Below, piece by piece: positions 28,575 through 37,881 of a stretch of DNA of 64,000 nt. The stretch lies in assembly GCA_034926635.1 (NCBI GenBank), contig JAYFQX010000005.1, positions 70,220 through 134,219 of the forward strand, read 5' to 3'. The translations under genes and the position numbers were made by a program. Under the pieces are notes generated by a model. The model saw only the letters and a program-made list of their open reading frames with translations. It had not been told where the DNA came from and made no database searches. The DNA comes from Christensenella sp. Lineage in GTDB: Bacteria; Bacillota; Clostridia; Christensenellales; Christensenellaceae. Numbering within the stretch: position 1 is the first letter of the stretch; the number at the start of each line of letters is the position of its first letter.

Positions 28575-28838
28575 TTATTTCAATGCTTCAATAAAAACCT
28601 GTTCTATTTTTTCTTTGCTGGGCACGCCTTCATGAACTTTTACATCTCCTACGAAAAATGTGGGGACATACCAATAATCATATCCTTCGGTTTTCCGGGG
28701 TTCTTTGCTCTCTTCGATGGTTTCGATAGAAACCGTTTTATATTCGGGATGTTCTTTTTGCAGCGCAGCAATCAACTGGAATGCGCGCTTGCAGTGGGGA
28801 CATGTGTCCAAAATCATCGCTTTTACAGGTTTCGGCAT
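28575..28838 (-). CDS. Small thioredoxin/glutaredoxin-like protein
   Basis: CPHC active site and YVPT cis-Pro loop; start behind GGAGG. Confidence 0.85.
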   Translation of the reverse strand: MPKPVKAMILDTCPHCKRAFQLIAALQKEHPEYKTVSIETIEESKEPRKTEGYDYWYVPTFFVGDVKVHEGVPSKEKIEQVFIEALK

Positions 28839-28937
28839 GATTGATACCTCCATTTTTTAAAATTCGTGTTATAATCATAATAAACTGGTGAAAGAATTGT
28901 TAAACCGGTTGCCGTGATTTTGAGGAGAGCCCGCAAT

Positions 28938-29318
28938 ATGAATTTTTATGATAAAGTATATGATGCGGTCAGGAAAATCCCCTGTGGGAAAGTAGCGACC
29001 TACGGACAGATTGCCCGGATGGCGGGAAGTCCGCGCGCCTCAAGGGCGGTAGGATATGCACTGCACCGCAACCCTGCGCCGGGAGTCATTCCTTGTCACC
29101 GCGTTGTAAACCAGAAAGGACGACTCGCCCCGGCATTTGCGTTTGGCGGACCGGGAGCACAGCGGGCGTTGCTGGAGGCGGAAGGCGTTGTATTCCGCCC
29201 GGATGGGTTTGTGGATTTGGAAGTTTTTCTATGGGATGTGAACGAAGCAAAATGGTGGAAAGGAGAGGTATGGGAAAACCATACCGGGCACAAGAATGAA
29301 GAAACAGAAAAAAGATAA
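28938..29318 (+). CDS. MGMT family O6-alkylguanine DNA-binding/repair protein
   Basis: IPCGKVATYGQIA, RAVG, PCHRV. Confidence 0.9.
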   Translation: MNFYDKVYDAVRKIPCGKVATYGQIARMAGSPRASRAVGYALHRNPAPGVIPCHRVVNQKGRLAPAFAFGGPGAQRALLEAEGVVFRPDGFVDLEVFLWDVNEAKWWKGEVWENHTGHKNEETEKR

Positions 29319-29808
29319 GGCAAAAGGGCTGCTGCAAGAATTTAAGGAGTTTATCTCGCGCGGAAGCGTGATGGACCTAGCAGTCGGTATGATCATCGGC
29401 GCTGCTTTTACGGCAATCGTGAAGGCGCTGGTAGAGAATATTATCAATCCTGTGATCGGATTATTGACAGGCGGGATGGATTTTTCATCATGGAAGATCC
29501 CACTCACTGCCGCAGGAGCCGAGGGCGCGTGTATTGAGCTGGGAATGTTTATCAATGCGGTGATCAATTTCCTGCTGGTGGCGCTGGTGATTTTTTTGCT
29601 TGTAAAGGGGCTCAACAGCCTGCATAAAAAACCGGATCCCACGCCGGAAAAACAGCCGAGGCTGTGCCCGTATTGCCGCGGCGAGATTGCCGACGACGCA
29701 ACGCGCTGTCCGCATTGTACATCTATGTTGACTGACGATACAGCCGTGCAGCCGGAATCTGTGAAACCGAAAACATATGGACGCAAAATAGGAGGAACCC
29801 AGGCATGA
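29296..29808 (+). CDS. mscL: Large-conductance mechanosensitive channel with C-terminal zinc ribbon
   Basis: EFKEFISRGSVMDLAVGMIIGAAF, INAVINFL; tail CPYC...CPHC. Confidence 0.93.
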   Translation: MKKQKKDKAKGLLQEFKEFISRGSVMDLAVGMIIGAAFTAIVKALVENIINPVIGLLTGGMDFSSWKIPLTAAGAEGACIELGMFINAVINFLLVALVIFLLVKGLNSLHKKPDPTPEKQPRLCPYCRGEIADDATRCPHCTSMLTDDTAVQPESVKPKTYGRKIGGTQA

Positions 29809-30170
29809 ATTTTAAGATGGTGCATAACAACCTAAATGTTTTAGATTTACAAAAATCTCTGGATTTTTACAAAAACGCCCTTGGTCTTAAGGAAATCCGC
29901 AGAAAAGAAGGCGACGGATTTATCCTCGTGTACCTTTCGGGCGGCAGCGCATCCCATCAGCTTGAGCTCACTTGGCTGCGGGACAAGGATACGCCTTATG
30001 ATTTGGGCGATAATGAAATCCATCTTGCGTTTGAAACAGACGATTTTGCAGCGGCGCATGCCATGCACAGGGAAATGGGATGTATCTGCTATGAAAATGA
30101 AGCGATGGGAATCTATTTTATCGAAGATCCGGATGGTTACTGGCTGGAGATCATTCCGGCAAAAAAATAA
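29805..30170 (+). CDS. gloA: Lactoylglutathione lyase / VOC family protein
   Basis: SLDFYKNALG, LELTW, HLAF, DPDGYWLE; ATGA overlap with mscL. Confidence 0.85.
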   Translation: MNFKMVHNNLNVLDLQKSLDFYKNALGLKEIRRKEGDGFILVYLSGGSASHQLELTWLRDKDTPYDLGDNEIHLAFETDDFAAAHAMHREMGCICYENEAMGIYFIEDPDGYWLEIIPAKK

Positions 30171-30191
30171 GGGGTATCCGTCTGAAATAAT

Positions 30192-30229
30192 AAAGCCTGC
30201 GGCAGCATAAAAGCGTCCGCAGGCTTTTT
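30192..30229. terminator. Bidirectional intrinsic terminator
   Basis: AAAGCCTGCGG...CCGCAGGCTTTTT between convergent genes. Confidence 0.75.
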
Positions 30230-30242
30230 AGACAATTAAATT

Positions 30243-31649
30243 TTATCGATCGACGGAAGGCTCTGCAAGCGATGATTTGCCGCGCATATGTTTACGGACA
30301 CTGTGCGCAGCCACAAGCTCGCCCACTGCGACTGCACCCGCAACCCCGAGGATCAGCGGGAGATTTGGGCTTAATGCGCCGCCCGGCGTATCTGAAAAAA
30401 ATGTAAAGAACAGGGTAATGCACAAAAATGCAAACGGCGCCACGGTAATTAAAATTAATTTTGCTTTTCCGCCCTTGACGCGGTATGGGCGCGGGCGCTG
30501 TGCATCGGATTTTCGCAGCTTCAAGAATGACGGAAACAGGAATAAATAACAAGCCAGCAGTAGATCCACATTCAGTGCAAAAAACATCCAAAAGACATCC
30601 GTGCCGCTCCCGAAAGCATCCAGCAGCGCAGCCGATATCAAAAGCGCGGAGATCACCACGCCGTTTGTCAGGTTTGCGCCAAGCGGCATACCGTTTTTTT
30701 TGCTTTTGGAAGCCAGGAACTTGGGAAGTGTGCCGAATTCCGCAGCATGCTGCGTAACATAATTCACGCCTAACGACCATGTGATGGTATTGGTGATCAA
30801 AGTAAACATAAAAAGCAGTCCGCATATCACGAGAAAAACGCCGCCGGGAGAACCGAGCAAAATAGCGAGGCTGTCAATGAAACCGCTGGATTTGGATAAT
30901 TCTGCCGTGGGAATGGCAACGCCGATCCCGAAGGACGCGAATAAATAAAAAGCGGTAATGAGCACGCCGCCCCAGATGATGGCACGGGGGATCTCTTTGG
31001 TGGGGTTTTGCATATCCCCGGCATAAGTGGTGATCACTTCAAAACCAAGGAAATTAAAAATGATAATAGAAATATAAGAAAGTCCCGAAGCGTTTGGGAG
31101 AAAATCCAAAATAGAATTTGCGGGGTTTGCTACGCCGCGGGTCATGGCGGCATACACGCCAAGGCACCCCAAAACCAGAATGAGTGCAACCTTGATCAGC
31201 GCGCCGATGTTGACGAGCCATTTGCTTTCGCTGATGTGGTGATTTGACAGAAAAACAACGAGCCAGACCACCGCAAGCTGAATGACAAGCGCTGTAAGCG
31301 GGGAAATCAAAATACCGGTGGCAGCAGTGAAAACCTGTGTAAACATAATGAGGGTAGAGGTGACCCAAATAGGGAAGTTGATCCAATAATAAAAAGCCAC
31401 GCGGGAACCTGCGCGAATGCCAAAGGCGCGCTTCACCCAGTCGCATAGACCGCCCTGATCTTCATAGGCGGTTCCGAGCTCCGCATTCACAAGACCATAG
31501 GGAATAAAAAAGCCGATCAGCAGGAGCAGCCACCAAAAGTATTGCGAATTCCCAATAGCGGCAGCCGGGGCAACTGCGTCGATCGTAAGGACGATACAGA
31601 CGGCTGCTAAGATGGCGTCAAAAAGGCGCAGCTTTTTTTTCTTTGCCAT
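30243..31649 (-). CDS. APC family amino acid/polyamine permease (AguD-like)
   Basis: AELGTAY..GG..WVKRAFG, FNFLGFE, RPRPYRV; about 12 TM; start re-called to MAKKKK. Confidence 0.88.
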   Translation of the reverse strand: MAKKKKLRLFDAILAAVCIVLTIDAVAPAAAIGNSQYFWWLLLLIGFFIPYGLVNAELGTAYEDQGGLCDWVKRAFGIRAGSRVAFYYWINFPIWVTSTLIMFTQVFTAATGILISPLTALVIQLAVVWLVVFLSNHHISESKWLVNIGALIKVALILVLGCLGVYAAMTRGVANPANSILDFLPNASGLSYISIIIFNFLGFEVITTYAGDMQNPTKEIPRAIIWGGVLITAFYLFASFGIGVAIPTAELSKSSGFIDSLAILLGSPGGVFLVICGLLFMFTLITNTITWSLGVNYVTQHAAEFGTLPKFLASKSKKNGMPLGANLTNGVVISALLISAALLDAFGSGTDVFWMFFALNVDLLLACYLFLFPSFLKLRKSDAQRPRPYRVKGGKAKLILITVAPFAFLCITLFFTFFSDTPGGALSPNLPLILGVAGAVAVGELVAAHSVRKHMRGKSSLAEPSVDR

Positions 31650-31821
31650 ATCTGATTTCCTTTTTCGGTTGGAATGTAGGCTATTTCGCCATGCAGGCAT
31701 GAAATGGGATTCCGGTGAGGATTGCTTTGCGGCAGGAAAAATGAAACCTGCACCGTGCCCGCAGAGCAAAGCGGGGGAGTCAACCCTTGGCGGCAGCTGC
31801 ATTTTGGAAAGCTTATTCTAT

Positions 31822-33297
31822 TTATACCCGTTTTTTTAAAATGTCAATCATGGTTTTTAAGGTTTTCAGACGCGCAAATTTTTTATCGCCGGCTTCTACA
31901 ACAATCCACGGCGCAAAATCAGTGTTGGTATAGCGGAACATGTCGTTGACCGCGGCAGTGTATTGATCCCATTTATCGCGGTTGCGCCAGTCTTCCTCCG
32001 TGATTTTCCATTGCTTTTCCGGCGTGCTTTCCCGTTGTTCAAAACGGCATAGCTGTTCGTCTTTATCAATGGCAAGCCAAAATTTAAACAATACGGCACC
32101 CCAGCGGTGCAGCATATATTCAAATTCGTTGATTTCATGATAAGCCTGGTTAATGCGGGATATGGAGGTAAGGGCTTCTACCCGCTCGACTAATACCCGC
32201 CCATACCAGGTGCGATCAAAAATAGCAAAATGCCCGGTGCGCGGCAAAGATTTCCAGAAACGCCATAAGTATTGATGGTTCAGCTCGTCCGGGGATGGCG
32301 CAGCGACCGGTGTTACCGCATAACTGCGTGCGTCGAGCGCCGCAGCGACGCGTTTGATATTGCCTCCTTTGCCGGCGGCGTCATTGCCTTCGTAGGCAAT
32401 GATGACCGGGATTTTTTTCAGATATAGTGCGTTTTGCAACTCAAACAGTTTCTTTTGGTATTGTTTTAGCAGCCTGCGGTATTCTTCTTCGTTAACCGAA
32501 GGCATTAAATCCATTTCTTCAATTTTTTTGTGGGGCAACAGTGTGAATCGCGTTTCGGGAACCGGAGAGAACTCAGCTTGAGGGATGCTTTCGCGTTTGC
32601 GTGCAAGGGCATGTTCCATGGCATCGGCAATCGCCGAAAAAATTCGTACACGCGCATATCGCCTGTCTGTTGCAGCGACAGCCTGCCACTTTGCGTAAGG
32701 CGCATCCGTCTGTAAGATCAGTTTTTCAGAGCGGGATGTGATGGCATCGTATTGCTTTACGTTTTCCCAGTCTGTTTCGGTGACGCGCCAAGCGGTATGA
32801 GGATCATCTCGAAGCGCTTCCAAACGCTTTTTCTGTTCTTTTTTGCTGATATATAAATAGAATTTTAGAATCAGATAACCGTCGTCGGCAAGCTGGCGTT
32901 CAAAAATTTTAATGGATTCGATTCGGGCAGACGCACTTTTTTCCGACTTGACACCCGGCATCAATACACCGCTGTACCAGGAACGGTCAAAGATGGAAAT
33001 ACGACCATAGGACGGGATTTGATCCATGAAACGCGCAAGCCACGGCAGGCGCAGTTCATCCGGCTGGGGCGGGCGCGTATTATAAACCGTATAACCGCGC
33101 GCATCAAAATTGAGGATCAGCGAATTGACCGCCGCACCCTTCCCGGCGGCAGAAAGGCCCTCAAAAATAATGATGACGGGTATTTTTTTCTTGATAATTT
33201 CCTGCTGCAGCATGGTGAGCCGCGGTTTTAGCTGCTTGATGAGAGGCGTATATTCTTCTTCCGGTATTTTTGTTTTCAGATCAAGTTCTTTCAGCAT
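31822..33297 (-). CDS. ppk2: Two-domain PPK2 family polyphosphate:AMP phosphotransferase
   Basis: Duplicated domains with EGLSAAGKG/EGNDAAGKG and FDRSWY/FDRTWYGRV motifs. Confidence 0.92.
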   Translation of the reverse strand: MLKELDLKTKIPEEEYTPLIKQLKPRLTMLQQEIIKKKIPVIIIFEGLSAAGKGAAVNSLILNFDARGYTVYNTRPPQPDELRLPWLARFMDQIPSYGRISIFDRSWYSGVLMPGVKSEKSASARIESIKIFERQLADDGYLILKFYLYISKKEQKKRLEALRDDPHTAWRVTETDWENVKQYDAITSRSEKLILQTDAPYAKWQAVAATDRRYARVRIFSAIADAMEHALARKRESIPQAEFSPVPETRFTLLPHKKIEEMDLMPSVNEEEYRRLLKQYQKKLFELQNALYLKKIPVIIAYEGNDAAGKGGNIKRVAAALDARSYAVTPVAAPSPDELNHQYLWRFWKSLPRTGHFAIFDRTWYGRVLVERVEALTSISRINQAYHEINEFEYMLHRWGAVLFKFWLAIDKDEQLCRFEQRESTPEKQWKITEEDWRNRDKWDQYTAAVNDMFRYTNTDFAPWIVVEAGDKKFARLKTLKTMIDILKKRV

Positions 33298-33516
33298 TTC
33301 GCGAGACCTCTTTTCCTGATAGGATATAAAAATAAAAAAATGTGGGATAGGAAACCGGCTTGAAAATAAATTTACGAAAAAAATCTTTTTTTACAGTTTA
33401 ACTTTTTTTGCAGCAAGAAACAAGAGGAAGCAATTTTTTAAACAGAAAGAATTTTTTAAAGGTACAGGAAAAAAAGAGGAGAATACAGAAGTATTCCCCT
33501 CCTACAACAAAAGTTA

Positions 33517-35112
33517 TCAGAAGCTTTCAAACTGCGCAACGCCCTTTGTCATAAGGTTACGATATAATATAATATCTAAAATTGCTACCAGCGCAAGCGC
33601 TCCGAGCAAGACCGTTACCCCCGCAATTAGGGAAAGAAGGGCGGGAATAATGGTAAGCGCCATTCCCACCAGCATGGTAAGAAGCGTCGGCTTACTCTGT
33701 TTGATGACCGTGACTTCATTTGTCCAGTCAAAGTTTGCATTGTTCAGGTTGCACTTTAGCCCGAAAAATGCAATGAAATAAGAATACGCAAGGGGAATCG
33801 CGTACATTAGGACAATATATAAGGGATCGGGCTTCAGAGCGATGTTAAACAGTGTCCCGCAGATGATCACCGTAGGATAAAACAAGGTCATAGCGACATG
33901 AATTTTGGATTTTAGAATCAACCGCGTATCCACCGGCAGAGAACGGGCGATCCACAAAGCCTTCCCTTCCAGAGAAATGGAAGAGGATGTCGTGCAGGCC
34001 ATGGCGATAAAAAAAGTAATTCCCATAGGCGCAGCGACTTTCAAAAGCGTCTCGAATTCAGGAATATCCGAATAAACGCCAAAGCCTTTGGAACCGGAAA
34101 CAAGCAAGATGATAGAGACTACCACTAAAAGGAGTGGTCCGACCGCCGTATTCAAAACGTACTGGGAAGAAGAAAGGTAACGCTTCATTTCACGGCGGTT
34201 CAGCGCTTTTTTTGGTGCGCTGGAACGCAACTCCGTCATTTTGTAGTTCGAGGCGGCGCGGTTTGTTGTCATGGCGGTGTTCAGCTTTCCAAAATGTTTG
34301 GAAATAATGACCACAAATACCGCAAATCCACCGATGGAAATAGCGAGGAACAGCAGAAATGCCTGGATGCTGATCGAAGCGATTGCATCTGAGAACAGCG
34401 CTGTCATAGGATAAATCTTCACGAGGATATCGTTGAGACCTGTGCCAATAGCTGAGAAATCACTTATGACATCGCCAGAATTTACCCAGAAGCCCATCCA
34501 TACCACCATGAATACCATGAAAAATGCCACGGTAAAGATGACGTTTAAACCATTTTTGCGTTTGAATCGGGAGGCGGCCATGGAAATCAACGTGCCGATC
34601 ACCGTTGCAATAACAATGGGCAGCAGGGGCGTCGCCAACATTAGAATAATGTAGATAAGATAAAACGCAAAAGGTGGCTGGGCAAGAATCGCATAACCAA
34701 TCATGGGAGGAATCATCACGATCAGCACAAACAGCGCGTTTAAACCATACAGGATCAGAATACGGCTGGTGATCAGCGTGCGGGTGTTGACGGGCAGCGA
34801 CATTTGCAGGTCATAATCCTGAAAGCCGAACAGGGTTCCGTTTACCTTATAGATCGTGGTGAACAGCGTAGCCAGCGACGCGGCCATCATCATAATGTTG
34901 AGTACAATACTGGAAAGACCAAGAGGTTCCAAACTTGACATCATACCCATGCTCATCGCAAAAATAGCGATCGCCATCATAGCATAACAAAAGACCAGCA
35001 AAACCGTCATGCCAGAGGATTTTGCCTTTTTTTCATGCGTAAACTTCGCCTTGTTAAAGCCAAACGAAGTACGAAAATATACTTTTAATAAAGAACCAAG
35101 CTTATTTTTCAT
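33517..35112 (-). CDS. ABC-2 type exporter permease
   Basis: Many TM segments; DYDLQMSLPV and SLEGK.LWIARSLPV motifs; overlaps the ATPase gene. Confidence 0.85.
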   Translation of the reverse strand: MKNKLGSLLKVYFRTSFGFNKAKFTHEKKAKSSGMTVLLVFCYAMMAIAIFAMSMGMMSSLEPLGLSSIVLNIMMMAASLATLFTTIYKVNGTLFGFQDYDLQMSLPVNTRTLITSRILILYGLNALFVLIVMIPPMIGYAILAQPPFAFYLIYIILMLATPLLPIVIATVIGTLISMAASRFKRKNGLNVIFTVAFFMVFMVVWMGFWVNSGDVISDFSAIGTGLNDILVKIYPMTALFSDAIASISIQAFLLFLAISIGGFAVFVVIISKHFGKLNTAMTTNRAASNYKMTELRSSAPKKALNRREMKRYLSSSQYVLNTAVGPLLLVVVSIILLVSGSKGFGVYSDIPEFETLLKVAAPMGITFFIAMACTTSSSISLEGKALWIARSLPVDTRLILKSKIHVAMTLFYPTVIICGTLFNIALKPDPLYIVLMYAIPLAYSYFIAFFGLKCNLNNANFDWTNEVTVIKQSKPTLLTMLVGMALTIIPALLSLIAGVTVLLGALALVAILDIILYRNLMTKGVAQFESF

Positions 35113-35815
35113 CGATTAACTCCAGGAATACGTCTTCCAGGCTTTCATCGCCCTTCACTTCTTCGATATTACCCGCGCGCAGCAGCTTGCCGTTTTTGAT
35201 AATGGCAATTTTGTCGCACAGTTTTTCCGCTACTTCCAAAACATGGGTAGAAAAGAAAATCGCGCTGCCGTTATCACACATCTCGCGCATCAGTTGTTTT
35301 ACGGTATGTGCAGCTTTTGGGTCGAGCCCGACAAAGGGTTCGTCCAGCACCAAAAGCTTGGGTTTGTGGATCAACGCTGAAATTAAAACCAATTTCTGCT
35401 TCATGCCGTGCGAATACGAGGAAATTAAATCGCCGAGGTTTGCAGTGATTTCAAACAATTCGGCATAATGCGCGATCATTTGCTCACGCTTTTGCGCGGG
35501 GATCTCAAAAATGTCGCCGATAAAGTTAAGGTATTGGATTCCTGTAAGGCTCTCGTAAATATCCGGATTATCTGGGATATATGCTGTGATTTTTTTGCAT
35601 TCCACAGGATGTTCTTTGATGGACATTCCGTCGATCTTGATTTCACCGCTGTCAAAATCGAGGATGCCTACTACAGCCTTGATTGTAGTTGTCTTTCCGG
35701 CGCCGTTGTGACCGATAAATCCGTAAATATCACCGTCTTCGACAGTGATACTGAGATCGTCGACCGCCTTTTTGCCTCCCTTGTAACTTTTGGTAAGGTT
35801 TTTGATTTCTAACAC
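35102..35815 (-). CDS. ABC exporter ATP-binding protein
   Basis: GHNGAGKTT, YSHGMKQK, LDEPFVGLDP; GTG start behind AAGGAG. Confidence 0.93.
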   Translation of the reverse strand: MLEIKNLTKSYKGGKKAVDDLSITVEDGDIYGFIGHNGAGKTTTIKAVVGILDFDSGEIKIDGMSIKEHPVECKKITAYIPDNPDIYESLTGIQYLNFIGDIFEIPAQKREQMIAHYAELFEITANLGDLISSYSHGMKQKLVLISALIHKPKLLVLDEPFVGLDPKAAHTVKQLMREMCDNGSAIFFSTHVLEVAEKLCDKIAIIKNGKLLRAGNIEEVKGDESLEDVFLELIDEK

Positions 35816-36408
35816 ATTGCACTCCTTTTCTGCGGCATGACACACTGTACGCGCCATGCTTTGCGCAAAACAAATTGGTCATTCCTGAAAATGCGTACCT
35901 GACCATCAAGAATACGTCTATTATATTGCGTAGTCAAAGGACAGTCAATTATTCCATTCGACTTAATTAAAAATGTAAGGCGTGTCATAAAAGCGTAAAA
36001 ATTAGTTGTTTAGGGCGGCGCGGTTCCGTTTAATTTGTTTAGTAAGACTGTGAAATTTTTGCGCGGTTATAAAATTAAGTTAAGAAATCGGAAAAGACAG
36101 TTTTGTAGAAGGATAAGAAATATAGGAATAAACATAATATAAAGAAGAGAATTGAATTCTGGCTCAAAAAACTGTCATTCGTGCAATTGGCTGCATATGT
36201 GATAACAAAAGTGCACAAATGCCCAAGCTTTTTGCCTTGTTTTTTATCCTGTGTGAATTTAGAATGAACATTGTTGAAAGATGTTTTCTGCAAGTAGGGT
36301 TTTTAACCATATTGCAGGAAGTAATGAAATGTTTGTTTTAAAAATATGATGTTGAGTAAACGATTGATTAAATGTATGTACGTTTAGTAGTTTATAAACG
36401 CAAATCAC

Positions 36409-36437
36409 TTGACAATGCTAAACATACGTGGTATTTT
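36409..36437 (+). promoter_or_regulatory. Promoter of the second sugar ABC operon
   Basis: TTGACA-17bp-TATTTT with extended TGn. Confidence 0.6.
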
Positions 36438-36455
36438 TTATTAAAAACAACAGAA

Positions 36456-36468
36456 CGTTTACTAAACG
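36456..36468. promoter_or_regulatory. Candidate LacI-family operator element
   Basis: CGTTTACTAAACG downstream of the promoter; TTTACTAAA recurs upstream of the lacI gene at 44449. Confidence 0.55.
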
Positions 36469-36645
36469 AATTTCGCATGAATTATCGAATAAGACAGAAA
36501 AAATGCTTGGGACAGGCTTCCCGGGCAAAAGAGACGGGATTTTATAAGGCAATATGGCGGTTTTGCCGCGTTACGCCATCATTATATTGAATTTATTGGT
36601 TTTTCGCGTAAGCGAGAATGTATAAAATACTAGGAGGAAACAAAA

Positions 36646-37791
36646 ATGAAAAAAATTCTGGTTACAGTATTAGCTGTAGTGCTGGCATTTGCACTGGTTG
36701 CGTGCTCCACGGCACCCGCTGCAAGTGAGAGCCCGGCTGAATCTTCTGCGGCTGCTTCCGAATCGGCTGCTGTTGAATCTGCAGATGCAACGGAATCGGC
36801 TTCTGAATCCGCTGCGACAGGAACACAGATCGTTGGTGGGGATCACGCATCCCTGAAAGATCTGAACACAGACTTCACGATTATCACAATCCCGAAGACG
36901 ACAGGTCTTGCTTGGTTCCAGAGAATGGACGAAGGCGTAAAACAGTTTGCTGCTGATACAGGCGTAGATGCTTACCAGGACGGCCCGGCTGAAGCAGATG
37001 CAGCACAGCAGGCGCAGTATGTAGAAGAAGCAATCGCTGCTGGCGTAAACGCAATCTGCGTAGTGCCGAACGATCCTTCTGCTCTTGAACCCGTTCTGCA
37101 AAGAGCCCGCGAAGCCGGCATCGTAGTTATTTCCCACGAAGCTGACGGTATGGCAAATGTAGACTATGACCTCGAAGCGTTTGACAATGTAAAATATGGC
37201 GAACACTTTATGCAGAAACTTGCTGAACTCATGGGCGACAAAGGACAGTATGCGATGATGGTTGGTTATCTGACCTCCGCTTCCCACAACACATGGGTTG
37301 ACGCTTCCATCGCTTATCAGGAAGCAAACTATCCGGATATGAAGCTGGCTCTTGACAAAATCGAGTCTGCTGAAGATCAGGAACAGGCTTACAACAAAAC
37401 AAAAGAAGCTTTGACAGCTGATCCGACCATCACCGGTATGCAGGGTTCTTCCATGTCTGACCCGGCTGGTATGGCGAAAGCGGTTGACGAAATGGGTCTC
37501 GCAGGCAAAGTACACATCGTTGGTACTTCCCTCGTATCTGTTTCCGGTAAATATGTACGCGACGGCGTTATCGACATGATTTCCTTCTGGGATCCGGCTG
37601 CTGCTGGTTATGCGATGAACGAGCTCGCTCTTAAGATCCTGAACGGCCAGACTGTAGAAGCAGGCATGGCTCTCACGGTTCCTGGTTATGAAAGCCTGAC
37701 AATGGGCGGCAAAAACAACAACACACTGTATGGACAGGCTTGGATCGATGTTGACAAGAGCAACGTGGACGATCCGCAGTACAACTTCTAA
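36646..37791 (+). CDS. Sugar ABC substrate-binding lipoprotein, LsrB/RhaS (AI-2/rhamnose) type
   Basis: Lipobox ALVAC, A/S/E tether, IPK..G.AWF, GPAEADAAQQ, FWDP motifs. Confidence 0.88.
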   Translation: MKKILVTVLAVVLAFALVACSTAPAASESPAESSAAASESAAVESADATESASESAATGTQIVGGDHASLKDLNTDFTIITIPKTTGLAWFQRMDEGVKQFAADTGVDAYQDGPAEADAAQQAQYVEEAIAAGVNAICVVPNDPSALEPVLQRAREAGIVVISHEADGMANVDYDLEAFDNVKYGEHFMQKLAELMGDKGQYAMMVGYLTSASHNTWVDASIAYQEANYPDMKLALDKIESAEDQEQAYNKTKEALTADPTITGMQGSSMSDPAGMAKAVDEMGLAGKVHIVGTSLVSVSGKYVRDGVIDMISFWDPAAAGYAMNELALKILNGQTVEAGMALTVPGYESLTMGGKNNNTLYGQAWIDVDKSNVDDPQYNF

Positions 37792-37818
37792 GACACTACT
37801 AATCTTTAATACATAATG

Positions 37819-37850
37819 TGCGGGCTCCCCGTAAAACGGGGAGCCTTGCA
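37819..37850. other. GC-rich stem-loop after the SBP gene (likely mRNA stabiliser)
   Basis: GGCTCCCCGT-AAA-ACGGGGAGCC, no U-tract. Confidence 0.65.
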
Positions 37851-37881
37851 TATCATAAACAGGGGAAAGGTGGAAATAATC

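Noticed and set aside
31650-31821. GC-rich leader of the APC permease as a possible riboswitch
   Set aside because: No recognisable T-box, lysine, glycine or SAM consensus, and no clear terminator/antiterminator pair by eye
35816-36645. Small ORFs 36075-36293 (-) and 36372-36590 (+) and a possible ncRNA in the 830-bp intergenic region
   Set aside because: AT-rich regulatory DNA without RBS or coding-like composition; no riboswitch consensus recognised (an Rfam scan would be decisive)
36670-37851. 393-aa antisense ORF over the SBP gene (similar cases: 1884-2765, 10271-11137, 41315-42403)
   Set aside because: Shadow frames caused by strong codon bias on the coding strand; no RBS, no motifs, and fully overlapping confident genes
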